Made by a program: the position numbers and the translations under genes
In this document: positions 9,498-19,317 of the stretch, one piece after another
How the letters are laid out: every line of letters begins with the position of its first letter
How positions within the stretch are numbered: the stretch's first letter is position 1
Assembly (NCBI GenBank): GCA_016191235.1
Contig: JACPOZ010000030.1
Span: 3,924 to 67,923 of the forward strand
Reading direction: 5' to 3'
Length of the DNA: 64,000 bases
Origin: Gammaproteobacteria bacterium
Lineage (GTDB): Bacteria; Pseudomonadota; Gammaproteobacteria; Ga0077554; Ga007554
The notes under the pieces: generated by a model
What the model saw: the letters and a program-made list of their open reading frames with translations, nothing else
Database searches by the model: none
Told to the model about the DNA's origin: nothing

Positions 9498-11804
9498 ATG
9501 CCCAAAAATCTCCTTATCGTTGAATCGCCCGCCAAGGCCAAAACCTTGAAAAAATACCTGGGCAAGGACTTCGATATCCTCGCCTCCTACGGCCACGTGC
9601 GCGACCTGCTGCCCAAGGAGGGCGCCGTCGACACGGAACACAGCTTCGATATGAAGTACCAGACCATCGAAAGGAATGAAAAACACGTCGACGCCATCGT
9701 CAGCGCCATGAAAAAGGCCGACGTGCTCTATCTGGCGACCGATCCGGACCGTGAAGGCGAAGCCATCTCCTGGCATCTCCTGGAAATCCTCAAGGAAAAG
9801 AAACTCATCAAGGACAAACCCGTGCATCGCGTGGTGTTCTACGAGATCACCAAACGCGCGGTGAACGAGGCCGTGGCGAATCCGCGCGACATATCCATGG
9901 AGCTGGTCAACGCCCAGCAGGCGCGCCGCGCACTGGATTACCTGGTGGGCTTCAACCTCTCCCCGCTGCTGTGGAAGAAAATCCGCCGTGGCCTCTCTGC
10001 CGGGCGTGTGCAAAGCCCGGCATTGCGCATGATTGTCGAACGCGAGGAAGAGATTGAAAAATTCGTCACGCGCGAATACTGGACGATCCTGGCCAATCTC
10101 GCCAAAAAGGGTGATAACTTCAGCGCCAAACTTATCCAGTATCAAGGCGAAAAAATCAGCCAGTTCAGCGTTACCGATGGCGAACAGGCCAGCAAAATCG
10201 AGGAAGAGTTGCTGCGCGCCGCAGCGGGTACACTGGTGGTCGCCAAGGTAGACAAGAAGCAGCGCAAACGCAACCCTTCGCCCCCGTTCACCACCTCGAC
10301 GCTGCAACAGGAAGCATCGCGCAAACTGGGCTTTACCGCCCAGCGCACCATGCGCCTCGCCCAGCAACTTTACGAGGGTATCGACATCGGCGGTGGCGCG
10401 GTGGGCTTGATCAGCTACATGCGTACCGACTCGGTGAGCCTGGCGGCCGAGGCGCTGGATGATATCCGTAGCCTCATTGCCACCCGCTTCGGCAGCGACA
10501 ACGTGCCTGAGCAACCGCATTTTTACAAAACAAAATCCAAAAACGCCCAGGAAGCCCACGAGGCGATACGCCCCACTGCCGCAGAGCGCGTGCCGGAGTC
10601 GATCAAGGACAGCCTGACCGCCGACCAGTACAAGCTGTATGACCTGATCTGGAAACGCACCATCGCCTGCCAGATGATCCACGCCACCCTCGATACCGTA
10701 AGCGTCGACATGAGCGCAGGCGAAGGCAATCTGTTCCGCGCCAACGGCTCCACCGTGGTCCACCCCGGTTTCATGGCGGTGTACCAGGAGAGTGTAGACG
10801 ACAGCAAAGAAGGCGAGGATGAACGCCGCCTCCCCGTGCTGCTAGCCGGTGAAAAGATCGACCTGCTTGGCGTCCAGCCCGAACAACATTTCACCGAGCC
10901 ACCCCCGCGTTACGGCGAAGCCAGCCTGATCAAGGCGCTCGAAGAACACGGCATCGGTCGCCCCTCCACCTATGCGAGCATCATCTCCACGCTCCAGCAG
11001 CGCGAGTATGTGGAGCTGGACAAGCGGCGCTTCAAGCCCACCGACGTGGGGCGCATTGTCAACAAGTTCCTCACCGAATATTTCACGCGTTATGTGGATT
11101 ACGACTTCACCGCCCATCTCGAAGACGAACTCGACGCAGTGTCGCGCGGTGAAAAAGACTGGGTGCCGCTCCTGCGCGACTTCTGGACACCCTTCAAGGC
11201 CCAGGTCGACACTACTGAAGAGAACGTCAAGCGCCAGGATGTCACCCAGGAGGCGTTGGACGAAGCTTGCCCCAAATGCGGCAAACCGCTCTCGATCCGC
11301 CTCGGCAAACGTGGACGGTTCATCGGCTGCACCACGTACCCGGAGTGCGATTACACCCGCAATCTCAATGAAGAAGCGGGCGCTGTGACAGAACCCGAAG
11401 TCGTGGAAGGCCGCACCTGCCCCAAGTGTGAATCTCCGCTTATCTTCCGTCAAGGCCGCTACGGCAAGTTCATCGGCTGCAGCAATTACCCTGCCTGCAA
11501 ACACATCGAACCCCTGGAGAAACCCGCCGACACCGGCGTGGAATGCCCGCAATGTCACAAGGGCACCCTGCTCAAGCGCAAGTCGCGCTACGGCAAGATC
11601 TTCTACTCCTGCTCCACCTACCCGGATTGCAACTACGCCGTGTGGAACGAACCCCTCAACGAGTCCTGCCCAAAATGCAACTGGCCGGTGATGACCATCA
11701 AAACTACCAAGCGCCGCGGCACGGAAAAGGTCTGCCCGCAGAAAGAATGTGGCTATGCCGAGCCGTATGAGGCGGGGGAAACGGCGGAATCTGCGGAATC
11801 TTGA
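9498..11804 (+). CDS. topA: DNA topoisomerase I
   Basis: 768 aa with an N-terminal Toprim (LLIVESPAKAKTLKKYLG), catalytic Tyr region and three C-terminal Cys4 zinc ribbons (CPKCGKP, CPKCESP, CPQCHKG, CPKCNWP). Confidence 0.95.
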   Translation: MPKNLLIVESPAKAKTLKKYLGKDFDILASYGHVRDLLPKEGAVDTEHSFDMKYQTIERNEKHVDAIVSAMKKADVLYLATDPDREGEAISWHLLEILKEKKLIKDKPVHRVVFYEITKRAVNEAVANPRDISMELVNAQQARRALDYLVGFNLSPLLWKKIRRGLSAGRVQSPALRMIVEREEEIEKFVTREYWTILANLAKKGDNFSAKLIQYQGEKISQFSVTDGEQASKIEEELLRAAAGTLVVAKVDKKQRKRNPSPPFTTSTLQQEASRKLGFTAQRTMRLAQQLYEGIDIGGGAVGLISYMRTDSVSLAAEALDDIRSLIATRFGSDNVPEQPHFYKTKSKNAQEAHEAIRPTAAERVPESIKDSLTADQYKLYDLIWKRTIACQMIHATLDTVSVDMSAGEGNLFRANGSTVVHPGFMAVYQESVDDSKEGEDERRLPVLLAGEKIDLLGVQPEQHFTEPPPRYGEASLIKALEEHGIGRPSTYASIISTLQQREYVELDKRRFKPTDVGRIVNKFLTEYFTRYVDYDFTAHLEDELDAVSRGEKDWVPLLRDFWTPFKAQVDTTEENVKRQDVTQEALDEACPKCGKPLSIRLGKRGRFIGCTTYPECDYTRNLNEEAGAVTEPEVVEGRTCPKCESPLIFRQGRYGKFIGCSNYPACKHIEPLEKPADTGVECPQCHKGTLLKRKSRYGKIFYSCSTYPDCNYAVWNEPLNESCPKCNWPVMTIKTTKRRGTEKVCPQKECGYAEPYEAGETAESAES

Positions 11805-11919
11805 GCGTGTGACGATGCGTTAATCCTAAAAACTCAGTCATCCACGAAAGTCACAAAAAAACACGAAAATATTCAAATACATATCGCGATATTACTTGCC
11901 ACCCATCCGGTGAATTGCT

Positions 11920-12190
11920 AAAGCAATCCATGTTTTTGTCTACTCGCTGGTAGTCGATCCGGCCTGTCAAGGCCGCGGCATCGCCCGCGGCCTGCTCGAA
12001 GCCGCCGAACAGGCCGCCGCCGCAAAGGGCTGCATCACCATGCGCCTGGAGGTGCGCGCCGACAACGAGGCGGCCATACGGCTGTACTGCAAGGCCGGCT
12101 ACCGGACGGGCGAGTCGACAATTATTACGACGATGGAATGGCCGCGCAGCGGCTGCGCAAATCCATTGCCTTTGCCGACAATCCCCCGTA
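11920..12190 (+). pseudogene. GNAT (RimI-like) N-acetyltransferase remnant: 5'-truncated and frameshifted
   Basis: Only the C-terminal half of a GNAT fold remains (VYSLVVDPACQGRGIARGLLEAAEQAAAAKGCITMRLEVRADNEAAIRLYCKAGYR). The RimI-like tail (RVDNYYDDGMAAQ) continues in another frame near 12115. No N-terminal half or start codon is present. Confidence 0.55.
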
Positions 12191-12212
12191 ACCCTCACGG
12201 CCACTTTCGAGA

Positions 12213-12929
12213 TCAATAAGCCCAGTCCTCGTGTCTAACCGGCAGCCTATTCAGCTCATCCTTGTAGAACCGCCATTTCGGCATGAACTGATCCATCAAG
12301 GTTATGAAGCGCGCGTTATGCGTGCGCTCCAGCAAGTGAACCATCTCATGCACGACAATGTATTCGAGGCATTCGAGAGGCTTCTTTGTCAGTTCAGTAT
12401 TGAGGCGGATGCTTTTGGAGATTTTGCTACAGCTGCCCCACTTGGTTTTCATCCTTTGCACGAAGAATCTCTCCACCTTCACGCCCATGAGCGGTTCCCA
12501 TTTCGCGACCAACGGTAAGACTGCTTCTTTGAGCTTCTCTCGATACCAAGCATCCAGGACCTCTTGTTTCCGTTCATCACTGGTTTTCGGGCGAAGCTGA
12601 AGGATCATCCTGTTATGCTTTAGCTCGACTACTGGAGCCGCGTCCTTCTCGAGCACTTTGAGCAGGTAGCGCTTTCCCCAAACGTAATGGCTTTCGCGGT
12701 CGAGGTATTCGCGAGGTGTTTCCCGCTGCTGTTCACGCAACTTCTTTTGCTGGCTTTTGATCCAGCTGAGTTTGGTGATGGCAAAAATGCGAATAGTATC
12801 CAGGTCCATCCGCAATGGTGCGGAAATTCGCACCTTACCAGCCGGTGGATAGACGCTCAGGTGGATGTTCTTGATGTCCTTCTTCACCACGTCCACGGTA
12901 ATCTCACCCAGATTGATCTGCGTGACCAT
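12213..12929 (-). CDS. M48/DUF45 (YgjP-like) zinc metallopeptidase coupled to hsdR
   Basis: 238 aa with HEMVH (HExxH) in IVVHEMVHLLERTHNARF. Its start codon overlaps the hsdR stop by 1 nt. This family is recurrently encoded next to type I R subunits. Confidence 0.7.
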   Translation of the reverse strand: MVTQINLGEITVDVVKKDIKNIHLSVYPPAGKVRISAPLRMDLDTIRIFAITKLSWIKSQQKKLREQQRETPREYLDRESHYVWGKRYLLKVLEKDAAPVVELKHNRMILQLRPKTSDERKQEVLDAWYREKLKEAVLPLVAKWEPLMGVKVERFFVQRMKTKWGSCSKISKSIRLNTELTKKPLECLEYIVVHEMVHLLERTHNARFITLMDQFMPKWRFYKDELNRLPVRHEDWAY

Positions 12930-15900
12930 CAGTATTCCTTCTGCTGCTTGATGATAAGGAATATGCGCTCGACCTCGGCCATATCCTTCAGCACCTCATA
13001 TAGGGCGGTCTTGATGACATTCTCCTTGGCTTGAACGCCGCGCCAGCCGTCGGGCCGAGTGCGTTTGACGGCTTCCTCGATCCTGACAACCAGATTAAGC
13101 ACATCGTCTTTCGCGGTATCTCCATACGAAGCGGAAGGCTCAGCCACACAACTCACGCTGCCGGAAGCGGCCCCCTGCTTGAGATTGTTATAGAGGGCGC
13201 GGCGTCCCGGCGTATTCATCTGCTCTGGCGTATCTTCGGCCTGACCAGCATCCACTTTCTTCGCCAGCTCGGCAATCCGTTTCAGGTAGTCCTCATACTC
13301 GATAGCCTTCGCCTTGCGCGCGGCGATGATCTCATCCAGCAGCGCCGACATTTTCTCGTAGTAGGCCGGGTCGTTGAGGTGTTCCTTGATGATCTTGCTG
13401 CGGACGTTGTTCTCGATGGTTTCGGCAACGGCATCCTTGTTGCCCTTGAACCCATTCGGCAGGCTGTTGATCGCATTCGCGATGCCGGTTTTCACGATCA
13501 GCTCAAGCAACGGCATGTCGTCGAAGGGGGAAATCTTGCGCGGTTCGTCGGCTTCGATGTAGGTGTCGATGAGATGGCGCATGTCGGCCTCGTAGGCCTT
13601 GAGGTCGAGCGTCTCGCCACTGGCTTTGCGGATGATTTCGCGCACGTTCAGGTAGTGGTCGAGTTGCCGCTTGATGCGTGTGATGTCGGCAGGGCTATAG
13701 CCGGCCTTGTCCAGTTCGTCGGCGATGTTGGCGTAGGCGCGCACCAGCGCAACGGCCGCCTTGTAGAGCGCCGAACGCTGCGGTTCCCGCTCCTTCAGGT
13801 CGGAGGCAATCTCGGTGTTGCCGCAGAAGTAATGGATATGCTCGAGCTCACCCTTCGGCGGCGCCACCGGCTCGCACAGCAGTGCCAAGGTCTCCAGTGC
13901 GTTGTCGAGGCGTTCCTTGCCCTTCGTCAGACGATCCTGCAGCAACACTTCCGGATCAGGCCCACCGGCGCTGTGATCCAGTTCGGAGGTGTAGACCGCA
14001 ATGGCGTTCTCGACCTTCTTGAACAGGTCCTTGTAGTCCACGATGTAGCCGAAGTCCTTGTCCTCGCCGTCGAGACGGTTGACGCGGCAGATCGCCTGAA
14101 ACAGGCCGTGGTCCTGCATCGATTTGTCGATGTAAAGATAAGTGCAGGGCGGTGCGTCGAAGCCGGTGAGCAGCTTGTCCACCACGACCAGCAACTTCAT
14201 GTTCGCCGGTTCCTTGGTAAACAGGTCTTTGGCCCGCTCCTCGTAGATTTCCGTTTTGTTCATGCCCGGCCTGGCGTCGACATCCTTCAGCAGTTCGTTA
14301 TAGGTGTTGTAGATAAACTGCTTACCGGTCTCGGTGTTAGCGCCGGTTTCCTCCAGCGTCACGTCTCGGGCCAGCGGGTTGTAAGAGGTCACCACCGCAC
14401 ATCTGCCCTTGAATGGCGTCTTCTGGAACAGGGTGAAATACTTGCACGCCTCATAGATGCTCGATGCCACCAGGATAGCGTTGCCGCGCTCGCTGGACAG
14501 GCGCGGTTTGACACTGAAGTCGAACACAATGTCTGCCACCACCCGGTCCATGCGCGACTTGGAACTGAGCACGTGCTGCAACGTGCCCCACTGATTCTTT
14601 AGCTCGGCCTTCTGCCAATCGTTAAGCGCTTTGGTTTTGGCTTCGAACCAAGCGTCGATCTTGGCCTGCGATCCCAGGTGCTGATCGATGTCACGCGCCT
14701 CGTAAACGAGGTCGAGCACCACCCCGTCCTCCACTCCCTCACTGAACTTATAGGTATGAATGTAACCACCGAACACCTCCAGGCTGGTCTGTTTATCTTT
14801 CTTCAACAGCGGCGTGCCGGTAAAGCCGATGAATACCGCGTTGGGCATCATCGCCTTCATCACCCGATGCAGCTTGCCGCCTTGTGTACGGTGGCATTCG
14901 TCCACGAACACAAACACCTCACCCATGGTCTGGCTCGGCTGCGCTTCCAGCTCCCTGATAAAGGCATCGAAATCATCCACATCGCGGCGGCCAAACTTGT
15001 GCACCAGGGAGCAGAGCAGGCGCGGCCTGGCCTGACCGAGCTGGCTCATCAGCTCGCGCCCACTGCCGGTGCGTTTGATCGCCTCGCCCGCCTCGGTGAA
15101 GACGCGCTCGATCTGTTTGTCCAGTTCATCGCGGTCGGTGATGATGGCAACGCGGGCGTTGGGGTTGTTCTCCAGAATCCACTTCGCCAGCAGCACCATC
15201 ACAATGCTCTTACCGCTGCCCTGGGTGTGCCAGATGATGCCGCCCTTGCGCTGACGCACATGCTCCTGCGCTGCCTTGATGCCGAAATACTGATGCACAC
15301 GCGGCAGCTTCTTCACGCCACTATCGAAGAGCACGAAATCGTGCATCAGCTCGATCAACCGCTTCTTCTCGCACAGCTTGAGCAGATACTTGTCCAGCTT
15401 GAAGCGGCTGTTGTCCTGCTCATCCTCCTTCCACTTGAGGAAATACTTCTCCTGCGTACCGATGGTGCCATATTGCAGCCCCTCGGAATCATTACCAGCG
15501 AAGATGAACTGCACGGTGCTGAAGAACCACTCGTTGAACTCAGGCAGTTGATTGGACAAACTCTGGCGGATGCCATCACCAATGGAGGCACGGCTGTTCT
15601 TCAGCTCCAGCACGCCGATGGCGATGCCGTTCACATACAGCACGAGATCCGGCCGCCGCTCAAAATTGCCCTTGAGCGTCACCTCCTCGGCGATGGCGAA
15701 ATCATTTTTCTCCGGCTCATTCCAGTTGATGAGGCGGACACTCTCCGTCACCTTACCCACCTCAACTTTCACCGGCACGCCGTAGCGCAGCAGGTTGTAA
15801 ACAGAGTGATTGTTGCCGTAGAGCGTGCGGTTGTGGTTGTCCGCCTCGGTGCGCAGCTTGTGCAGCGCCACGCTGATCTGCGCCGGGGTGTAGCCGCTTT

Positions 15901-16051
15901 TTGTCAGCCACGCACTGAGCAGACTTTCCTCGACGTTGCTGTTGCCATCGCGGTCGGTCCAGTCGCCGAGGTAGCGATAACTTAGCTCATCGCGGAAAAG
16001 TGCGATGACTCGGTTCTGCGTCTCGCGTTCGGGTTGGCCGACATAATTCAT
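12929..16051 (-). CDS. hsdR: type I restriction enzyme R subunit (HsdR)
   Basis: 1040 aa with an N-terminal endonuclease region, SF2 helicase motifs (TGSGKS-like WHTQGSGKS, DEAH-like VFVDECHR) and a C-terminal helical domain. Confidence 0.9.
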   Translation of the reverse strand: MNYVGQPERETQNRVIALFRDELSYRYLGDWTDRDGNSNVEESLLSAWLTKSGYTPAQISVALHKLRTEADNHNRTLYGNNHSVYNLLRYGVPVKVEVGKVTESVRLINWNEPEKNDFAIAEEVTLKGNFERRPDLVLYVNGIAIGVLELKNSRASIGDGIRQSLSNQLPEFNEWFFSTVQFIFAGNDSEGLQYGTIGTQEKYFLKWKEDEQDNSRFKLDKYLLKLCEKKRLIELMHDFVLFDSGVKKLPRVHQYFGIKAAQEHVRQRKGGIIWHTQGSGKSIVMVLLAKWILENNPNARVAIITDRDELDKQIERVFTEAGEAIKRTGSGRELMSQLGQARPRLLCSLVHKFGRRDVDDFDAFIRELEAQPSQTMGEVFVFVDECHRTQGGKLHRVMKAMMPNAVFIGFTGTPLLKKDKQTSLEVFGGYIHTYKFSEGVEDGVVLDLVYEARDIDQHLGSQAKIDAWFEAKTKALNDWQKAELKNQWGTLQHVLSSKSRMDRVVADIVFDFSVKPRLSSERGNAILVASSIYEACKYFTLFQKTPFKGRCAVVTSYNPLARDVTLEETGANTETGKQFIYNTYNELLKDVDARPGMNKTEIYEERAKDLFTKEPANMKLLVVVDKLLTGFDAPPCTYLYIDKSMQDHGLFQAICRVNRLDGEDKDFGYIVDYKDLFKKVENAIAVYTSELDHSAGGPDPEVLLQDRLTKGKERLDNALETLALLCEPVAPPKGELEHIHYFCGNTEIASDLKEREPQRSALYKAAVALVRAYANIADELDKAGYSPADITRIKRQLDHYLNVREIIRKASGETLDLKAYEADMRHLIDTYIEADEPRKISPFDDMPLLELIVKTGIANAINSLPNGFKGNKDAVAETIENNVRSKIIKEHLNDPAYYEKMSALLDEIIAARKAKAIEYEDYLKRIAELAKKVDAGQAEDTPEQMNTPGRRALYNNLKQGAASGSVSCVAEPSASYGDTAKDDVLNLVVRIEEAVKRTRPDGWRGVQAKENVIKTALYEVLKDMAEVERIFLIIKQQKEY

Positions 16052-16099
16052 GCTGTGGTTTTCTTTTTCATCTGGGCCAGGCCTTCACTCATTCCTCGG

Positions 16100-17260
16100 T
16101 CAGTTGTCCGCCCTATTCAGCGCTGAGGGGATAAATCCCTCATCTGACAGGGCGCGAACCACGCCACGTATCAGGTAGTTATTGCTGAAACCGATGGTGT
16201 ACTGGCGCGCCCCTTCATTGATGGGTTGCAACATTTTTCGTTCCACCAATTTTTTGATTTGATAAGTACGCTGGGCGGGCGACATCCCCGGCATGGCAGC
16301 GGCCAGATCGGCCGCCTTGGCCACGCCACTTTTGGCAGCGATGTGCAACACGGACTCTTCCATCGCCGTGATGAGCTCTCGTTCTTTGGCATATGAAAGT
16401 GCAGGGGCAAGAATTTTGTCGCCCAAGTAGCCAAAGTCAGTGAGCCGATCTACTTTGCGCAATGCGTCCAGGATGCCTCGCAATACATATATGCACCATG
16501 CCTCCATCCCATCTGCGGCGCCGGAGTCGGCGCGCGCCAACATGGCGTAATACTGATCGCGGTTATTGCAGAACACGGCTGTTGGATTCAACACCCTGCC
16601 GCCGGTCTTCACATTGAAGCCGTACTTGATCAACAGGGCGTAGGTCAGCAGCCGCACCACGCGGCCATTGCCGTTGCCAAACGGGTGTATCCAGCCAAAA
16701 CGGTGGTGCGCCAGCGCCACCTTGATGAGGTCATATTTTGGGGGATGCTTTTCGTTGATGAACGCCACCAGCTCCTGCATGTAGTGCGGCACCTGGATGA
16801 ATTCGGGCGGCAAGTGTTCCGCCTGCGCAATCTTTACGGACTTCTGCCGGTAAGCCCCCGGCGTGGCGTCCCCCTCGCGTTCCAGCCCTTTTACCGTGAT
16901 GGCGTGCAGCTCGCGGATGAAGTGCTCAGTTAGCCCGTCGCCGGGCTGAATGCGCTCCTCGATGTAGGCCATGGCGGCTTCGATATTTTCCATTTCACGA
17001 AGCTGGTCAGAGGACGCGGGGGCGCCCTCCAGCTTGCTTTCCACATAGTCGGCCAATGTGGTGTGATTCCCCTCGATACGGGCCGATCCCAGGCTTTCCA
17101 GCATGTGAAAGATACCCTTGAGCTGAAAAAAGACCGGCGCCGGGGTGGTGCCGTGCAATTGCAGGCGGCGCAGGTGTTCCAGCTCCGTCAAAACGTCCAC
17201 CAGCGGGGAGTCAAACGACGGATTGAGCAAGGTCAGATCATGATGGCTAAATACAGGCAT
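16100..17260 (-). CDS. Fic/DOC family protein
   Basis: 386 aa carrying the Fic motif region [12 protein letters not shown] (HxFx[D/E]GNGRxxR with Asn in place of Asp/Glu) and a C-terminal winged-helix-like tail. Located between hsdS and hsdR. Confidence 0.8.
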   Translation of the reverse strand: MPVFSHHDLTLLNPSFDSPLVDVLTELEHLRRLQLHGTTPAPVFFQLKGIFHMLESLGSARIEGNHTTLADYVESKLEGAPASSDQLREMENIEAAMAYIEERIQPGDGLTEHFIRELHAITVKGLEREGDATPGAYRQKSVKIAQAEHLPPEFIQVPHYMQELVAFINEKHPPKYDLIKVALAHHRFGWIHPFGNGNGRVVRLLTYALLIKYGFNVKTGGRVLNPTAVFCNNRDQYYAMLARADSGAADGMEAWCIYVLRGILDALRKVDRLTDFGYLGDKILAPALSYAKERELITAMEESVLHIAAKSGVAKAADLAAAMPGMSPAQRTYQIKKLVERKMLQPINEGARQYTIGFSNNYLIRGVVRALSDEGFIPSALNRADN

Positions 17261-17325
17261 GGCGATATTTATCTGTAATGGCGGAGACGGATTATCTTTA
17301 ATTTACACAGAGTTTATTCTTGAAA

Positions 17326-17379
17326 TCAACAAATTGCACCATAAAAATTGAAATGCTATCTTGAAATCACTCGGAGGGC
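17326..17379. promoter_or_regulatory. AT-rich putative promoter/operator region upstream of fic, with a direct repeat CTTGAAATCA(A/C)
   Basis: Two copies of TCTTGAAATCA about 40 bp apart in the hsdS-fic intergenic region. A GAGGGC...GCCCTC hairpin (17381-17403) follows. Confidence 0.3.
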
Positions 17380-17447
17380 ATATTGACTGGCCCTCGTTGA
17401 TGAAGTCGAAATGCATGGCTGTCTGCTAGACAGGAAGACCGCCATGC

Positions 17448-18701
17448 TCACACCAGCCGTATCCTCCCGGTGAGCAGCTCCTGCATCATGCCCTGCTTGA
17501 GGCTGCGGGCCTTGGCGAGCTTGGCTTCCAGTGCGGCGAGTTCGGCGTCCATGTCGGAAAGGAGGGTGGCGATGGCGGTTTGTTCGGCTTTCGCAGGTAG
17601 CGTCACTTCAAAAGCAGCGAGCTGTGTCTTACCGATTTCAAGGAACGTGCTGCCACCGCACAGACTGATAAATCCCTGTTTTTTCATAAGTAGCAGGTAG
17701 TAGAGAAACTCCACATCCACATGATCGAACGGAATGAAGTTCTTGAAGCCCTGATTCGTGGAAACTGAGACGGTATTGATCGCGCACTCACCAATGGTGG
17801 CTCGTGAGGTCATCACAATCGAGTTGGCCGGGATCATCTCGGCTGAACTGCTTTTCAGACCCAGTGACGAAATCTTGCGGCTAGTGTCGCTGATGTATTT
17901 GAAGCCGTTCAGCCCGGTAATATCGGTGGGCGTACACCAGGGAATGTCCCCATCCCAAAACTGCGGTTGTATCGTGCTTGGCGTTCCGCCGCTGCGAATG
18001 TTTGCCAACTCCCCCAACCGCTTCACCTCCCACTCCCCGCTGAAGCCCGGCAGGCGCTTCTTGCCGGTGAGCAGTTGCTGCATGGCGCCTTGTTTGAGGT
18101 GGCGTTTTTTGGCGATGAGTTGTGCCAGGGATTCGATGAGAGCATCCGCATCGCTCAACGCCTCGGCGATGGCTTCTTGTTCGGCTTTGGTGGGTGGGAG
18201 GACGAGGAATAGTCGTTTTAAGTTGTCTTGATTTATGTTCGTGTTGGCACTTACAGAACTTGCGCCAATCACCCGTCTCCTAAAGCCTTCCTCATAAAAG
18301 CAGTGTCTCTTAAAGCCGCGACTCAGAGTTCCACCATCTCGAAATCTGATCAAGAACCCTGAATACACGGTCTTTGGAAGATCTTCTTCGATGACCGCCG
18401 TTAGACCAACCCCGGAGGGTTTGACGGAGGACCTGATGAAAATCACATCACCTTTTCGGAGATCATATGTTTGTTGCTCTGCATGGTTTGTGTCCACAAG
18501 GCCGAGAGAATCGCTAGATGCAATGCTGGAAACGCCAAAAACATCCATGAGATTCACAAATGGTGAGCCATGGCCAAACGCTTCACTCCCCTTGTTGATA
18601 CCGTTCTTAAATTTGCCCACCTCACAAAGTTGGAAGATATTCCAATCCTCCGGAATCACCCCCACCTCGGTCTGCTTGTAGCCGGTCGGCATGTTATTCA
18701 T
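17448..18701 (-). CDS. hsdS: type I restriction-modification specificity subunit (HsdS), two target-recognition domains
   Basis: 417 aa. The conserved central spacer (LLTGKKRLPGFSGEWEVKRLGE) and C-terminal repeat (QGMMQELLTGRIRLV) flank two variable TRDs. Confidence 0.85.
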   Translation of the reverse strand: MNNMPTGYKQTEVGVIPEDWNIFQLCEVGKFKNGINKGSEAFGHGSPFVNLMDVFGVSSIASSDSLGLVDTNHAEQQTYDLRKGDVIFIRSSVKPSGVGLTAVIEEDLPKTVYSGFLIRFRDGGTLSRGFKRHCFYEEGFRRRVIGASSVSANTNINQDNLKRLFLVLPPTKAEQEAIAEALSDADALIESLAQLIAKKRHLKQGAMQQLLTGKKRLPGFSGEWEVKRLGELANIRSGGTPSTIQPQFWDGDIPWCTPTDITGLNGFKYISDTSRKISSLGLKSSSAEMIPANSIVMTSRATIGECAINTVSVSTNQGFKNFIPFDHVDVEFLYYLLLMKKQGFISLCGGSTFLEIGKTQLAAFEVTLPAKAEQTAIATLLSDMDAELAALEAKLAKARSLKQGMMQELLTGRIRLV

Positions 18702-19317
18702 CGTAGCCTCCCCGGTACGTCATGTTCCGTAGGGGCGACCGGCCGGTCGCCCCTACCCCGGTCGCCGGTACGTTATCCGGGTGCAATGTGTCCTCCGCCC
18801 AACGGCGTGGATTGTCGGCAACGTATTCGGCGATGCGGCGGTAATCGGCGGCGTCGCGGATGATGTGTTCGTAATAATTGCGTTGCCATACCGGCGCACC
18901 GGGGGATTGGCGGATTGCATTGATGCGTTTGGTGACAGCGGATTTGTAACCGGCCATCAATGCGCCGAGGGATTTCGATTGGGGGCCGGTGGGGGCGACT
19001 GGTGGGGCGACCCGCCGGTCGCCCGTACGGCCGGGCACGTCATTAGTAATGAGGACGATGGCGTGAAAATGATTAGGCATGATCACGTATTCGCCGAGTT
19101 CGATTTCTGCCCGGATTTCTGCTGACCGAAGCCATTCATCCGTCACAATCTGCCCGAATTCATTGGACTGCATCTCACCGTTCACGATTCCGCCGAACAG
19201 GCATTCGCGATCACAGGCGCAGATTGTCACGAAATAGCCGCCAGCCTGGGAGTAGTCATAATCTTTCAGACGGATCGAGCGGCGGTGGTGAATATCCCGG
19301 TTATAACGATTCATCAT
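18694..19317 (-). CDS. Y1 HuH transposase-like protein (IS200/RAYT-like, TnpA_REP family), translationally coupled between hsdM and hsdS
   Basis: 207 aa with N-terminal HRRSIRLKDYDYSQAGGYFVTICACDRECLFG, HuH motif MPNHFHAIVLI and a Tyr region VWQRNYYEHIIRD. It overlaps the hsdM stop by 4 nt and the hsdS start by 8 nt. Two GC-rich palindromes lie inside the CDS (18732-18753 and 19004-19025). Confidence 0.7.
   Translation of the reverse strand: MMNRYNRDIHHRRSIRLKDYDYSQAGGYFVTICACDRECLFGGIVNGEMQSNEFGQIVTDEWLRSAEIRAEIELGEYVIMPNHFHAIVLITNDVPGRTGDRRVAPPVAPTGPQSKSLGALMAGYKSAVTKRINAIRQSPGAPVWQRNYYEHIIRDAADYRRIAEYVADNPRRWAEDTLHPDNVPATGVGATGRSPLRNMTYRGGYDE

Noticed and set aside
9477-11558. Minus-strand ORFs of 428 and 238 aa
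   Set aside because: They are antisense to topA, whose Toprim and zinc-ribbon motifs unambiguously define the coding strand.
13031-15985. Forward ORFs of 523 and 435 aa
   Set aside because: They are antisense to hsdR, which has unmistakable helicase motifs on the minus strand.
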